Assembly: GCA_965644495.1 (NCBI GenBank)
Contig: CBFFSA010000019.1
Coordinates: 124,001 to 188,000 of the forward strand
DNA length: 64,000 nt
Source: Perkinsela sp. CCAP 1560/9
Lineage: Eukaryota > Protista > Euglenozoa: Kinetoplastea
Reading direction: 5' to 3'
Under the pieces are notes generated by a model. That model was not told the DNA's origin and did no database searches. It saw only the letters and a list, made by a program, of their open reading frames with translations. The translations under genes and the position numbers were made by a program. Below are positions 1 through 10,703 of the stretch, one piece after another (position 1 is the first letter of the stretch; every line of letters starts with the position of its first letter).

Positions 1-222
1 ACCATGCTTCGGACACTTGTTTCATAATATGGCCAAAGATGCAATGCAGCACTACGCAAATCTGCCAATTATGAAAGTAAGAACATACTTCTCCAGGATC
101 TTCTATGCAGGGGACCGTGTGGGGGCAAAGAAGGGGTAGTATTTCGGAATAATTACGTGCTTCATAATTTGATTACTTTTTAGAAGCACAAATTTGTACT
201 TCATTCTTGTTTCACATTTTTG

Positions 223-924
223 ATGCTTCCATTATGCTTTTGTGAAGACCCAAGTGCACGAGTGAGCCGCCCAGGAAAGGTGCGAGGATCCAACTTACCG
301 CAAGAATACGAACTCGCACGATTTTTTCAAAATATTACAAACCCTAGATCTTCATGGAAGACGTCCACGTTTGCGTGTGAGTGGGAATGTGTGACCTGTG
401 ATCAAGACTTAAAAGTGGCGCGTATTCAAGCCCATAGGCCGTATAGCAAAAGGAAACTGGAAGGATCGTTTCAATGGGAATACCTGTGTCACACAACACG
501 TAAATTTTTTATGTATGGTAATAAACTTACTGGAACTGTGCCACTCGATCTTCTTCCCTCCCCACTGACTAGTTTTGACATAGGAGACAACACTATTTCG
601 GGCGAATGCGATTTAACATATTTGCCTCCGCTCATGGAGATATTTTCCGTATGCAAAAACATGTTTCACGGACGTGTGGATCTTACCCATTTGCCTTTGA
701 CTTTGACATATTTGCGAATGGATTCCAATCAGTTTTCCGGGGAGCTTGACCTCACGCGTCTACCTAAAAATATGAAAGGGTTACAGTTGTCGCACAATCG
801 TTTTAGTGGACCGCTTGATCTACGGTATTTACCGTTATCCATCGAAACTCTCGAATGCCATGAAAACAAATTCTCTGGTCCTGTGTTATTTGACCCTCGA
901 ACCAGAAAGCTTGTTCGAATTTAA
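223..924 (+). CDS. LRR protein, family A copy 1
   Basis: GKVRGSNLPQEYELARF motif, W..ACEWECVTC cap, ~24-aa repeats LxxLPxxLxxLxLxxNxFSGxLD; first ATG at 223. Confidence 0.85.
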   Translation: MLPLCFCEDPSARVSRPGKVRGSNLPQEYELARFFQNITNPRSSWKTSTFACEWECVTCDQDLKVARIQAHRPYSKRKLEGSFQWEYLCHTTRKFFMYGNKLTGTVPLDLLPSPLTSFDIGDNTISGECDLTYLPPLMEIFSVCKNMFHGRVDLTHLPLTLTYLRMDSNQFSGELDLTRLPKNMKGLQLSHNRFSGPLDLRYLPLSIETLECHENKFSGPVLFDPRTRKLVRI

Positions 925-1402
925 ATTAGCAAACAATACCGAGTTCTATGGTGAATTGTGAAAGAACTCTTTCGAAAGCGTTCAAAGCAGTGTACTAAAG
1001 CAGTGTTCATAAACGTGAGGGTATGTTCGTGTGATTTTGCTTTTTTTCTCCATTTCTTTTGAAAAGTAAGCTTGTTTTGTATTTTGAGTTCCTAACCCGA
1101 TCGACTATCATAGTTGGAATTTCTCAATAATTACATTTTCCTTTCGACGACTGATGTTTGCTTCTCCTTTCTCGTTTTCTTTTCTTATTTTTCAGCAGGT
1201 ACATTATTTTTTAGATCTTCTTTTCTTGTCCTCTGTTTTACAATGCCGACTGTTATACAATGCCGACTTGCTTTTCACTCCCTGTTCTAGCCACCTCTGA
1301 CGAAGACCAGCTTAAACACGATTCACATCGAAAACGTCGTCGAGAGGACGAATCTTTGAGCGCAACTCCGAAGACCACAACCTAGTTATCTGTCGCACCC
1401 CT

Positions 1403-1463
1403 ACCCCCCCTAGTTATCTGTCACCTTTTCTCGGAAAGTAGCGACAGATAACTAGGGGGGGGT
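1403..1463. repeat. Short hairpin/MITE-like palindrome at a junction between LRR copies
   Basis: TACCCCCCCTAGTTATCTGTC...GACAGATAACTAGGGGGGGGTA; lies between a truncated family B LRR 5' end (~1240-1380) and family A copy 2. Confidence 0.55.
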
Positions 1464-1561
1464 ACAGTTAAATATTATTCCGCACCCCGGGTTACATGCT
1501 TCATAATTTGATTACTTTTTAGAAGCACAAATTTGTACTTCATTCTCGTTTCACATTTTTG

Positions 1562-2260
1562 ATGCTTCCATTATGCTTTTGTGAAGACCCAAGTGCACGA
1601 GTGAGCCGCCCAGGAAAGGTGCGAGGATCCAACTTACCGCAAGAATACGAACTCGCACGATTTTTTCAAAATATTACAAACCCTAGATCTTCATGGAAGA
1701 CGTCCACGTTTGCGTGTGAGTGGGATTGTGTGACCTGTGATCAAGACTTAAAAGTGGAGCGCATTAAAGCTTCTTATCCGTATGCTGCAAAAAAACTGGA
1801 AGGATCGATTCAATGGGAATACCTGTGTCACACAACGCGTAAATTTTATCTGTATCGCAATAAACTTACTGGAACTGTGCCACTCGACCTTCTTCCCTCC
1901 CAACTGACTGAGTTTGACGTAACATACAACACTTTTTCAGGGGAATTGGATTTAACGCATTTGCCTGCAGCTATGGAGGCACTTTTCTTATCCAAAAACA
2001 TGTTTCAGGGACGTGTGGATCTTACCCATCTGCCTTTGACTTTGACAAATTTTCGAATGAGTTCTAATCAGTTTTCCGGGGAGCTTGACCTCACGCGCCT
2101 ACCCAAAAATATGAAATGCTTACAAATGTCACACAATCGTTTTAGTGGACCGCTTGATTTGCGGTACTTACCGTTATCCCTCAGAAATCTCGAATATCAT
2201 GAAAATAGATTCTCTGGTCCTGTGTTATTTGACCAGAAGGCTTGTTCAAATTTAAATTAG
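1562..2260 (+). CDS. LRR protein, family A copy 2
   Basis: Near-identical N-terminus and framework to 223-924; LRR consensus. Confidence 0.85.
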   Translation: MLPLCFCEDPSARVSRPGKVRGSNLPQEYELARFFQNITNPRSSWKTSTFACEWDCVTCDQDLKVERIKASYPYAAKKLEGSIQWEYLCHTTRKFYLYRNKLTGTVPLDLLPSQLTEFDVTYNTFSGELDLTHLPAAMEALFLSKNMFQGRVDLTHLPLTLTNFRMSSNQFSGELDLTRLPKNMKCLQMSHNRFSGPLDLRYLPLSLRNLEYHENRFSGPVLFDQKACSNLN

Positions 2261-2646
2261 CAAACAATACCGAGTTCTATGGTGAATTACGAAAGAACAC
2301 TTTCGAAAGCGTTCAAAGCAGTGTACGTGGGTGGTATCCAAATTGATATCTGATACTTCTTGTTCGCGAGACCTTGATTCCATAAACGTGAGGGTCTTTT
2401 CGTATGATTTTGATTTTGTTCCCCATTTCTTTTCGAAATAACCTTCTTTTTTCTGAGTTCCTAACCCGATAGACTATCATAGTTGGAATTCCTCAACAAT
2501 TTCTTTTTCCTTTTAACGACTGATGTTTGCTTCTCCTTTCTCATTTTCTTTTCTTATTTTTCAGCACATATATTATTTTTTGGATATAGCTTTATTTTCT
2601 TGTCTTCTGTTTTCAACGTAGAATCTCCTAAAGTACACAACATACA

Positions 2647-3111
2647 ATGTGGACTTTCTTTTCACTCCCTGTTCTAGCCACCGCTGACGAAGACCCGCTT
2701 AAACACGACTTACATCGAAAACGTCGCCGAGAGGATGAATCTTTGAGCGCAACTCCGAAGAGCACAATCTCCCTGTCCTCCAAGAAGTACTCCCGTGGTT
2801 CTCTCCTCCCTGTCGAGTATGATTTAGAACGCCTGATTCAAAACATTTCGAATCCCCATCCGAGTTGGAAGAGTAGTACTCCTGCGTGTGAGTGGAGAGG
2901 GATTAAATGCAGCGACTCATTTTCCGAAATTCGGTCATCCGAAAATGCATACGAACAACAAGGAACTTTTCAAGGAACGACACACTACGGGGAGAGCGCT
3001 CCGAAACACAAGCGTACTAAGGGCATTCAAGTTGTGACTTCCATTGCATGGGGGCTTTATGAAATAGAAATGTCTCATAATCCCAAAGGACCGCTTTTTC
3101 TGTTTTTTTAA
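2647..3111 (+). pseudogene. Truncated LRR family B copy (N-terminal part only)
   Basis: Near-identical to ~7253-7697 but breaks off after ...SHNPKGPL, before the LRRs. Confidence 0.75.
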
Positions 3112-3309
3112 TGCCCAGCATCACGATTCATCTTCTTGGCGATCTGGACGTCGGCTGTATTTTCCGGCATGATGGGAACATGTTCTCACTATTTGGACGA
3201 TATGCCATTCACATGAAATCCAAAATCTTGGTAATTGTGCTTCCTTTTTCACGTCATATTTCGAAGCCATAACTTCCTATGTTGCTTTATTTTTTTTCTA
3301 GGGGCGCTT

Positions 3310-3636
3310 TCTTGGACGGCGAATCCGCGGCATTCAATTTGCCTTCAGGGAAACTCTACTTCAAATTGGTGTGTAAGCGTACCCCATATACGGTTGATAA
3401 TTTTACACGCTTCATGAGATCGACAGTATCCATTCATGAGTGCCGTTCTCGCAGGAAGACAATCCATTGCAACGATCATTTTTGAAATTGCCACGTACGA
3501 ATATGTTTTCAGAAAAATGTGAATGACGTTTTCTACCGCTAGGAGCTCTAAATGAAATGCACTCAACTCGGCTTCTTTCATTGTATTTTCCTCCGCCCAG
3601 AGACCGTACAGTCTGCCAAACGTGTCAAAACAAAAT
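3310..3636 (-). mobile_element. DIRS/VIPER/TATE-type RNase H fragment
   Basis: AFHLELLAV, IVAMDCLPA...NGYCRS and frameshifted NAADSPS resemble the RNase H of tyrosine-recombinase retrotransposons. Confidence 0.5.
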
Positions 3637-3637
3637 C

Positions 3638-4878
3638 CATTATGCTTTTGTGAAGACCCAAGTGCACGCGTGAGCCGCCCAGGAAAGGTGCGAGGAGCCA
3701 ACTTACCACAAGAATACGAACTCGCACGATTTTTTCAAAATATTACAAACCCTAGATCTTCATAGAAGACGTCCACGTTTGCGTGTGAGTGGGATTGTGT
3801 GACCTGTGATCAAGACTTAAAAGTGGAGCGCATTAAAGCTTCTTATTCGTATGCTGCAAAAAAACTGGAAGGATCGATTCAATGGGAATACCTGTGTCAC
3901 ACAACACGTAAATTTTATCTGTATCGCAATGAAATTACTGGAACTGTGTCACTCGACCTTCTTCCCTCCCAACTGACTGAGTTTGACGTAACATACAACG
4001 CTTTTTCGGAAATTGGATTTAACGCATTTGCCTGCAGCTATGGAAGCACTTTTCTTATCCAGAAACATGTTTCAGAGACGTGTGGATCTTACCCATCTGC
4101 CTTTGACTTTGACAAATTTGCATAAAGATACAGTTTCTGTACCTTGTTGCCCTTCCTTTCTTTTCCCGGAAACGGGCATATTCTTACTTTTAAATGCCCG
4201 TTTCCGGCTGACGGCTAGCTGGAACTGTCCCTCTTTGTCGCGGAAGTAGGGGACGCACTTCGCACTCCTCACCCCTCGCCGGCTCGCTCTCTTCGAGTGA
4301 GCTTTCTTCCCTCCCCGGCTCTCCCCTTCTCGTGCTTTCTTCTCCCGGGAGCTATGCGCCATGGTGGCCTCCATTGAGGACCACTGGGCGTGCTACAGCG
4401 GGAGGACACGTTGTATGCGTGTATAGGGGATGCGAACTTGCCCCCCTCTCTCCCTACATACTGTAGCGAGTGCGGCGGTAACGGACCTCCCCATGATGCA
4501 TCATGATCCACGGTAGACCATCTGACTACATGAACCCACGGCTTGACCGTGTTGCAGCATGAACCATGGCTATACGTGCTGTAGCATGACCGATGGGCGA
4601 CTCGTCTCCTACCTCGCACTCCACTCTCTGTGTGACACCCGTCGTATGCGGGTCATGCGCCGATGGTATCGGCCGTCACACAGAGAGACGTACCTCTGCG
4701 CCTCGAGCGTATGATGTCATATATGAGTTCTAATCAGTTTTCTGGGGAGCTTGACCTCACTCGTTTACCCAAAAATATGAAATGCTTACAAATGTCGCAC
4801 AATCGTTTTAGTGGACCGCTTGATTTGCGGTACTTACCGTTATCCATCAGAAATCTCGTGCAAATGTCGTGCAAATAG
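3638..4878 (+). pseudogene. LRR family A pseudogene interrupted by an SL-headed insert
   Basis: Matches 1562-2260 with an in-frame TAG (~3762), a frameshift (~4008) and a ~600-bp insertion at 4122-4722. Confidence 0.85.
4122..4722 (+). mobile_element. SL-headed non-coding retroposed insert (SINE-like)
   Basis: Starts ATAAAGATACAGTTTCTGTACCTTGTTG; GC-rich; hairpin CCGGAAACGGGCAT...ATGCCCGTTTCCGG; LRR sequence resumes at ATGAGTTCT. Confidence 0.7.
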
Positions 4879-5265
4879 ATTCTCTGGTCCTGTGTTATTT
4901 GACTCTCGAACCAGAAGGCTTGTTCAAATTTAAATTAGCAAACAATACCGAGTTCTATGGTGAATTGTGAAAGAACTCTTTCGAAAGCGTTCAAAGCAGT
5001 GTACGTGGGTTGTATCCAAAATGATGTCTGATGCTTCGTGTTCGCGAGACCTCGATGCCATAAACGTGAGGGTCTGCGCGTATGAGCTTGCATAATTTTG
5101 CTTTTGTTCTCCATTTCTTTTTAGAATTAGTGATTTTTTTGAAGTAAATTTAATAACCCGATAGGTGGAAGTTCTCAAGATTTGTTTTTTCCTTTTGATG
5201 ACTGATGTTTGCTTCTCCTTTCTCGTTTTCTTATTTTTCAGCACATACATTATAATAATGTATCC

Positions 5266-5314
5266 TATTAACATCGCAGGCTCCTAATAAATTATTAGGA
5301 GCCTGCGATGTTAA
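5266..5314. repeat. Perfect palindrome within an AT-rich insertion (~5249-7176) that hosts the Tc1 element
   Basis: ATTAACATCGCAGGCTCCTAATAA-A-TTATTAGGAGCCTGCGATGTTAAT. Confidence 0.7.
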
Positions 5315-5563
5315 TTGGAATTGTCTATATAGTTAGAAATATTTTATAACGGCTCAATGTTTGTATTACATGTACATTTGTTTTATGGTAGGATTCATCC
5401 ATTGATTATTCACGATAAAAAATTTGATAAACGAGAAATTTCCCAGTCGTGGGCAGGTGATGAACAATTATAGTGGAAATATAAATTAGCCGGATAATTT
5501 ATGAACTTACTTAATGTATATCGTTTTAAAAATATTCAGCATGTATGTTGCATACAACATATA

Positions 5564-7119
5564 CAGGGGTGCAAATCAAATGCTGGGGGGGGTCTAAAAT
5601 TAGCAATGTTTGCGCAATTTTGGAAAATAATAGCGCATTCGAGAGCTCTCGCAGAGATCTATGTTTTGGCGCTATTATCACGTTAAAAGAAAACAAATTT
5701 GAAAAAGATATTTTTTTTAAAGGTTTTTTACCCCCCTAAAAGTTGCAGATTTTTCAATTTTTGCAGTTTTGTCCGTGTTTTTTTGTTTTTCAGCTCACTA
5801 TTATGCCGCAAAAGCGATCCCTCTCTAAGCAAAACAGTAAAAGCTTATCTGATAGATCACATGAACCCCCGGGGCACACAAAATATTCACACAGGATGCT
5901 TCTCGTTAAAGATTACGAGAATACAAACTCCTACAGTGCCACTTGCCAAAGACAAGGCGTCCACGACAGCACTGTTAAGTTGTGGGTTAAGCGATTAGAG
6001 GAAACCGGGGGTGTTGAACGTGCTACGCCTCCTCGCGAACGCACTGTGACAACGCCGGAGCTTCTTGAGGCATGCCGCGAAATTATTGACGCGTCCAACG
6101 CGACAAGTGCGCGAGGTTGTCCCTCGTGGAGTTTTATTCTTCGACAGGTTAGGAAAAGGGGTTTCTCCCGCAGCAGGCCGACCCTAGTAAATTTTTTGAA
6201 GGACGAAGGGATGATCCAACGATCTTTTTCTAAAGGCCTGTTCTTAACTGAAGTTCACAAGGCCAAGCGACTAACATTTGCACTGAAAATGCAGAAGTGG
6301 TCCGTCGCACAGCTTCGTCACATTATTTGGTGTGACGAAAAAAAGTTTACTTGTCAACTTGGGCGCGAAAGCCGTTCTTACATTTGCCGAGCGAGTGACC
6401 CCCCCAAGCCACCCCTAAAAGCTGCGCAAAAATGGTTTGGGGGGGATGGAGCAAACGTTTGGATGGGTATAAGCCTTATTTATGGAGTTTTTTATCACGT
6501 CTTTCCCGACAGGGACAGAAATGGGAAAGTTACGATTACTTCAAATGTTTTTAAAGCAGCTATGACAAAAAGGGGGGGTTTCTTAAGTTACTTGAAGCGT
6601 CATAGCGGTACTAGAGTTGCAATGGATAATGCTCCTTGTCACAATGGCACCTTTAAAACCTTTCGAGAAAACCAAGTCTTTGTTTTAGACTTTCCCCCAA
6701 AATCTCCAGATCTTAACCCTATTGAAAACATTTGGGACATCATGGACACCTTTATTAAAGATGGTACAAACCCAGAAAATAGGACTGTTTTGTATTCTAT
6801 TGAAAAGGCGGTTGATTACATTAAAACAGATGGTCATGAGATGCTCATAAACACTTTAAACAGCATGCCGCGGCGTTTCGACATAGTAGTAGAAAAAAAA
6901 GGGGTAAGTTGTAATTATTGAACGTACAAAATTTTTCTTTCACTTTTTGCATTTTGACGTTTTTTGGCTTCTCCTCAGTTGACCACCCCCTTACACCCGG
7001 GGAAACCGCCTATCCAAATACATAGATCTCTGCGAGAGCTCTCGAATGCGCTATTATTTTCCAAAATTGCGCAAACATTGCTAATTTTAGACCCCCCCAG
7101 CATCTGATTTGCACCCCTG
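5564..7119 (+). mobile_element. IS630/Tc1/mariner DNA transposon, apparently intact
   Basis: ~100-bp TIRs CAGGGGTGCAAATC..., TA duplicated at 5562-63 and 7120-21. Confidence 0.95.
5803..6921 (+). CDS. Tc1/IS630-like DDE transposase
   Basis: HTH region, WCDEKKF, MDNAPCH, PPKSPDLNPIENIW; pyrimidine tract and CAG just before ATG 5803. Confidence 0.92.
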   Translation: MPQKRSLSKQNSKSLSDRSHEPPGHTKYSHRMLLVKDYENTNSYSATCQRQGVHDSTVKLWVKRLEETGGVERATPPRERTVTTPELLEACREIIDASNATSARGCPSWSFILRQVRKRGFSRSRPTLVNFLKDEGMIQRSFSKGLFLTEVHKAKRLTFALKMQKWSVAQLRHIIWCDEKKFTCQLGRESRSYICRASDPPKPPLKAAQKWFGGDGANVWMGISLIYGVFYHVFPDRDRNGKVTITSNVFKAAMTKRGGFLSYLKRHSGTRVAMDNAPCHNGTFKTFRENQVFVLDFPPKSPDLNPIENIWDIMDTFIKDGTNPENRTVLYSIEKAVDYIKTDGHEMLINTLNSMPRRFDIVVEKKGVSCNY

Positions 7120-7252
7120 TATACGAACTATCACTGAATTTACTTAGGCATTGATTTTACAATTCTAAATTATGTATATTATTTTTTGGATATAGTTTTA
7201 TCTTCTTGTCTTCTGTTTTCAACGTAGAATCTCCTAAAGTACACAACATACA

Positions 7253-8144
7253 ATGCCGACTTGCTTTTCACTCCCTGTTCTAGCCACCGCTGACGAAGCT
7301 TAAACACGACTTACATCGAAAACGTCGCCGAGAGGACGAATCTTTGAGCGCAACTCCGAAGAGCACAATCTCCCTGTCCTCCAAGAAGTACTCCCGTGGT
7401 TCTCTCCTCCCTGTCGAGTATGATTTAGAACGCCTGATTCAAAACATTTCTAATCCCCATCCGAGTTGGAAGAGTAGTACTCCTGCGTGTGAGTGGAGAG
7501 GGATTAAATGCAGCGACTCATTTTCCGAAATTCGGTCATCCGAAAATGCATACGAACAACAAGGAACTTTTCAAGGAACGACACACTACGGGGAGAGCGC
7601 TCCGAAACACAAGCGTACTAAGGCCATTCAAATTGTGACTTCCATTGCGTGGGGGCTTTATGAAATAGAAATGTCTCATAATCCCGAAGGACCGCTTCGA
7701 TGGGAATTTCTTCCGTCTACGTTGTTGTGTTTTCGACTCTCCGGTGCCAGACTCTCGGGAAACGTAAACCTTGGTGTTCTCCCACGAGGTTTGCAAGTCT
7801 TTAATGTGTGTAACAATGATTTGGACGGACCCCTCGACTTACCCGCTCTTCCTCCCAGTATACTTCATCTAGATTTATCCATGAACAGTTTTCGCGGCAC
7901 CGTAGAATTGACTCGCTTGCCGAGTGCACTTCTGCGATTGTTTTTATCGGAAAACGTTCTATCGGGGGAGGTCATTTTTTCGTCCTTGCCTCCGCAATTA
8001 TCTTGTCTCACGGTGGATCAAAATTCCCGTTTGAGTGGAGTCATACATACGCATCAAGTCCCGCAGTCTTTGAATTACATACGATACTACGAGTCCGAAG
8101 TTGTGTTTATCAATGACAACGATTACAAGGGTGACGCCTTGTAA
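7253..8144 (+). pseudogene. LRR protein family B, full length but with a 5-nt deletion near the start
   Basis: ATG 7253 runs into TAA because of a 5-nt deletion relative to the copy at 2647; frame 7344-8144 has the cap and LRRs. Confidence 0.7.
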
Positions 8145-8654
8145 TCCATGTGACAACTTTTAAGGGGTTCTACTTTTGGTCCTAATCCATTAACGTGTTG
8201 TTCCCGACATGTTGTGTCGACTAATTATCCAACGGCTAGCTAGTTGTGTCGACTAATTATCCAACTGTAGCCTAGAAAAACGTCTTCCCGAAGAGAACCT
8301 TGAAAAGTTAAGCTAGTCAACATTCCCCGTCCCGGAACTTTAAACTGGACTGCGGTTTATTCCTTAGTTCCTGTCAAATACAACATACAGTTTTTTCAGT
8401 TGATATTGCTCCCCCTCCCGAGGAATTTTTGATTTTTGATTGGTCGATATTAATGAATTTATTGAAATGTTGATGTCAAAAGATACGTTAATGTTGAATT
8501 CCTGTCGCAGGCTTATAAAAGAGCAGTTCAAAAGGCTTATAAAAGAGCAGTTCATTGATAGGTGGAAAGAAAATTATTGCTTTTTTGTAGGCGATCCCCC
8601 TTATCAAGTCTTACCAAACCTTTCTTTTTCCCCTCCATCCCCTCTCCCCCCAAA

Positions 8655-9924
8655 AGCAAACAACAGCAATATCAGTAAGCATCACTTTTTTCAGAATGTT
8701 GCACAAGAACATTTTCTTACCTTTTCTTTTTTTACTTCGTTACCCTCTTCTCCCCCATGGGCCTCCTCCTCACCAAACTCCGCTCCCTCTTCTCCCGCAC
8801 CCAGAAACTCGAGATCTGTCTCGTCGGGCTCGAGAACAGCGGCAAGACCACCCTGCTCCGTGTCCTCTCAAGTGAAAAGGACAGCGGATTCGGAATGGTT
8901 GGGTCGAAAAACGGTGGTAGGCAAAATATTTCGAAAATCGGACAAAAATACGAGGCCGGTAGGGGTGACATGTCGCAGAACACCACTGTAGTTCAGTAGG
9001 TTACTTAAAACAATGGACTCGAAAAACAACAGCAATGTCCATAAAAAACACTTTTTTCAGCATTTTATACACCACTATTTTCTTACCTTTTCCTTTTATC
9101 CTTACCCCACCTTTCTTCCTCCCCTCCCTCCCTCCCCTCTTCTCCCCCATGGGCCTCCTCCTCACCAAACTCCGCTCCCTCTTCTCCCGCACCCAGAAAC
9201 TCGAGATCTGTCTCGTCGGGCTCGAGAACAGCGGCAAGACCACCCTGCTCCACGTGCTCTCAAGTGAAAAGGACAGCGGATTCGGAACGGTTGGGTCGAA
9301 AAACGGTGGTAGGCAAAAGATTTCGAAAATCGGACAAAAATACGAGGCCGGTAGGGGTGACATGTCGCAGAACACCACTGTAGTTCAGTAGGTAACTTAG
9401 AACAATGGACTCGAAAAACAACAGCAATGTCAATAAAAAACACCTTTTTCAGCACTTTGTCCACCACTATTTTCTTACCTTTTCCTTTTATCCTTACCCC
9501 ACCTTTCTTCCTCCCCTCCCTCCCTCCCCTCTTCTCCCCCATGGGCCTCCTCCTCACCAAACTCCGCTCCCTCTTCTCCCGCACCCAGAAACTCAAGATC
9601 CGTCTCGTCGGGCTCGAGAACAGCGGCAAGACCACCCTGCTCCGTGTCCTCTCAAGTGAAAAGGACAGCGGATTCGGAATCGTTGGGTCGGAAAACGGTG
9701 GTAGGCAAAATATTTCGAAAATCGGACAAAACTACGAGGCCGGTAGGGGTGACATGTCGCAGAACACCACTGTAGTTCAGTAGGTAACTTAGAACAATGG
9801 ACTCGAAAAACAACAGCAATGTCCATAAAAAACACCTTTTTCAGCACTTTGTCCACCACTATTTTCTTACCTTTTCCTTTTATCCTTACCCCACCTTTCT
9901 TCCTCCCCTCCCCTCTTCTCCCCC
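8655..9924 (+). repeat. 392-bp tandem duplications of the Arf-like gene upstream region plus first ~37 codons (3 extra copies)
   Basis: 80-aa ORFs at 8757, 9149 and 9541, spaced exactly 392 bp. Confidence 0.9.
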
Positions 9925-10464
9925 ATGGGCCTCCTCCTCACCAAACTCCGCTCCCTCTTCTCCCGCACCCAGAAACTCGAGATCTGTCTCGTCGGGCTCG
10001 AGAACAGCGGCAAGACGACCCTGCTCCACGTGCTCTCGCTGGGGCACGCCGTCGAGACCTTCCCCACCATCGGGCTCAATGTCAAGATGGTCCACAAGGA
10101 GGGGGTGAAGATGAAAGTGTGGGACCTCGGGGGGCAGGAGCGGTTCCGCCCCGAGTGGGTGCGGTACGCCCACGGGTGTGACTGCGTGATCTTCTGTGTG
10201 GACGCCCACGACAGCGCCCGGCTCGGGGTCGCGCGCCGGGAGCTGCACCGACTGTTGGAGGATCGCCTGCTCCACGGGGTGCCGCTGCTGATTTGTTTGA
10301 ATAAAATCGACCTGGAGCCGCATGTGGGGAAGGAGGAGGCGGTGCGGGAGTTGAATTTGGATTACATTACGGAGAATCCGTGGGTGGTGGCGTCGATTAG
10401 TGCTTTGCGGCATACCAATGTGGTGCAGGTGGTGGATTGGTTGGTGAGTCACTCGCATGCGTAG
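9925..10464 (+). CDS. Arf-like small GTPase (ARL8-related)
   Basis: Gly2, GLENSGKTT P-loop, PTIG, WDLGGQERFR, NKID, SA motifs. Confidence 0.93.
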   Translation: MGLLLTKLRSLFSRTQKLEICLVGLENSGKTTLLHVLSLGHAVETFPTIGLNVKMVHKEGVKMKVWDLGGQERFRPEWVRYAHGCDCVIFCVDAHDSARLGVARRELHRLLEDRLLHGVPLLICLNKIDLEPHVGKEEAVRELNLDYITENPWVVASISALRHTNVVQVVDWLVSHSHA

Positions 10465-10703
10465 GGAAAGAAACAAACGGGTGATGTTTGGGGGAAAAGA
10501 ACAGAGGCTTGTTGTTGGGATACCGTAAAAGGTATTCTCTACGTACATGGGTTCTGTTTTCTCCCCATTTTTTCTATGGTGGTTGCCATCCTTTGAGTGA
10601 ACGTTGTCACTACACGTTTCTTTGGAAATGGTTTCTTGGTTCCACCTCACCTCTTTTTTTCCTTTAAATTGACATTCCTTTTCCTCTTTTTATCCTGTCT
10701 GCC

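Noticed and set aside
223-2260. Diversity-generating retroelement acting on LRRs
   Set aside because: Differences are not adenine-specific, and the RTs present are non-LTR types.
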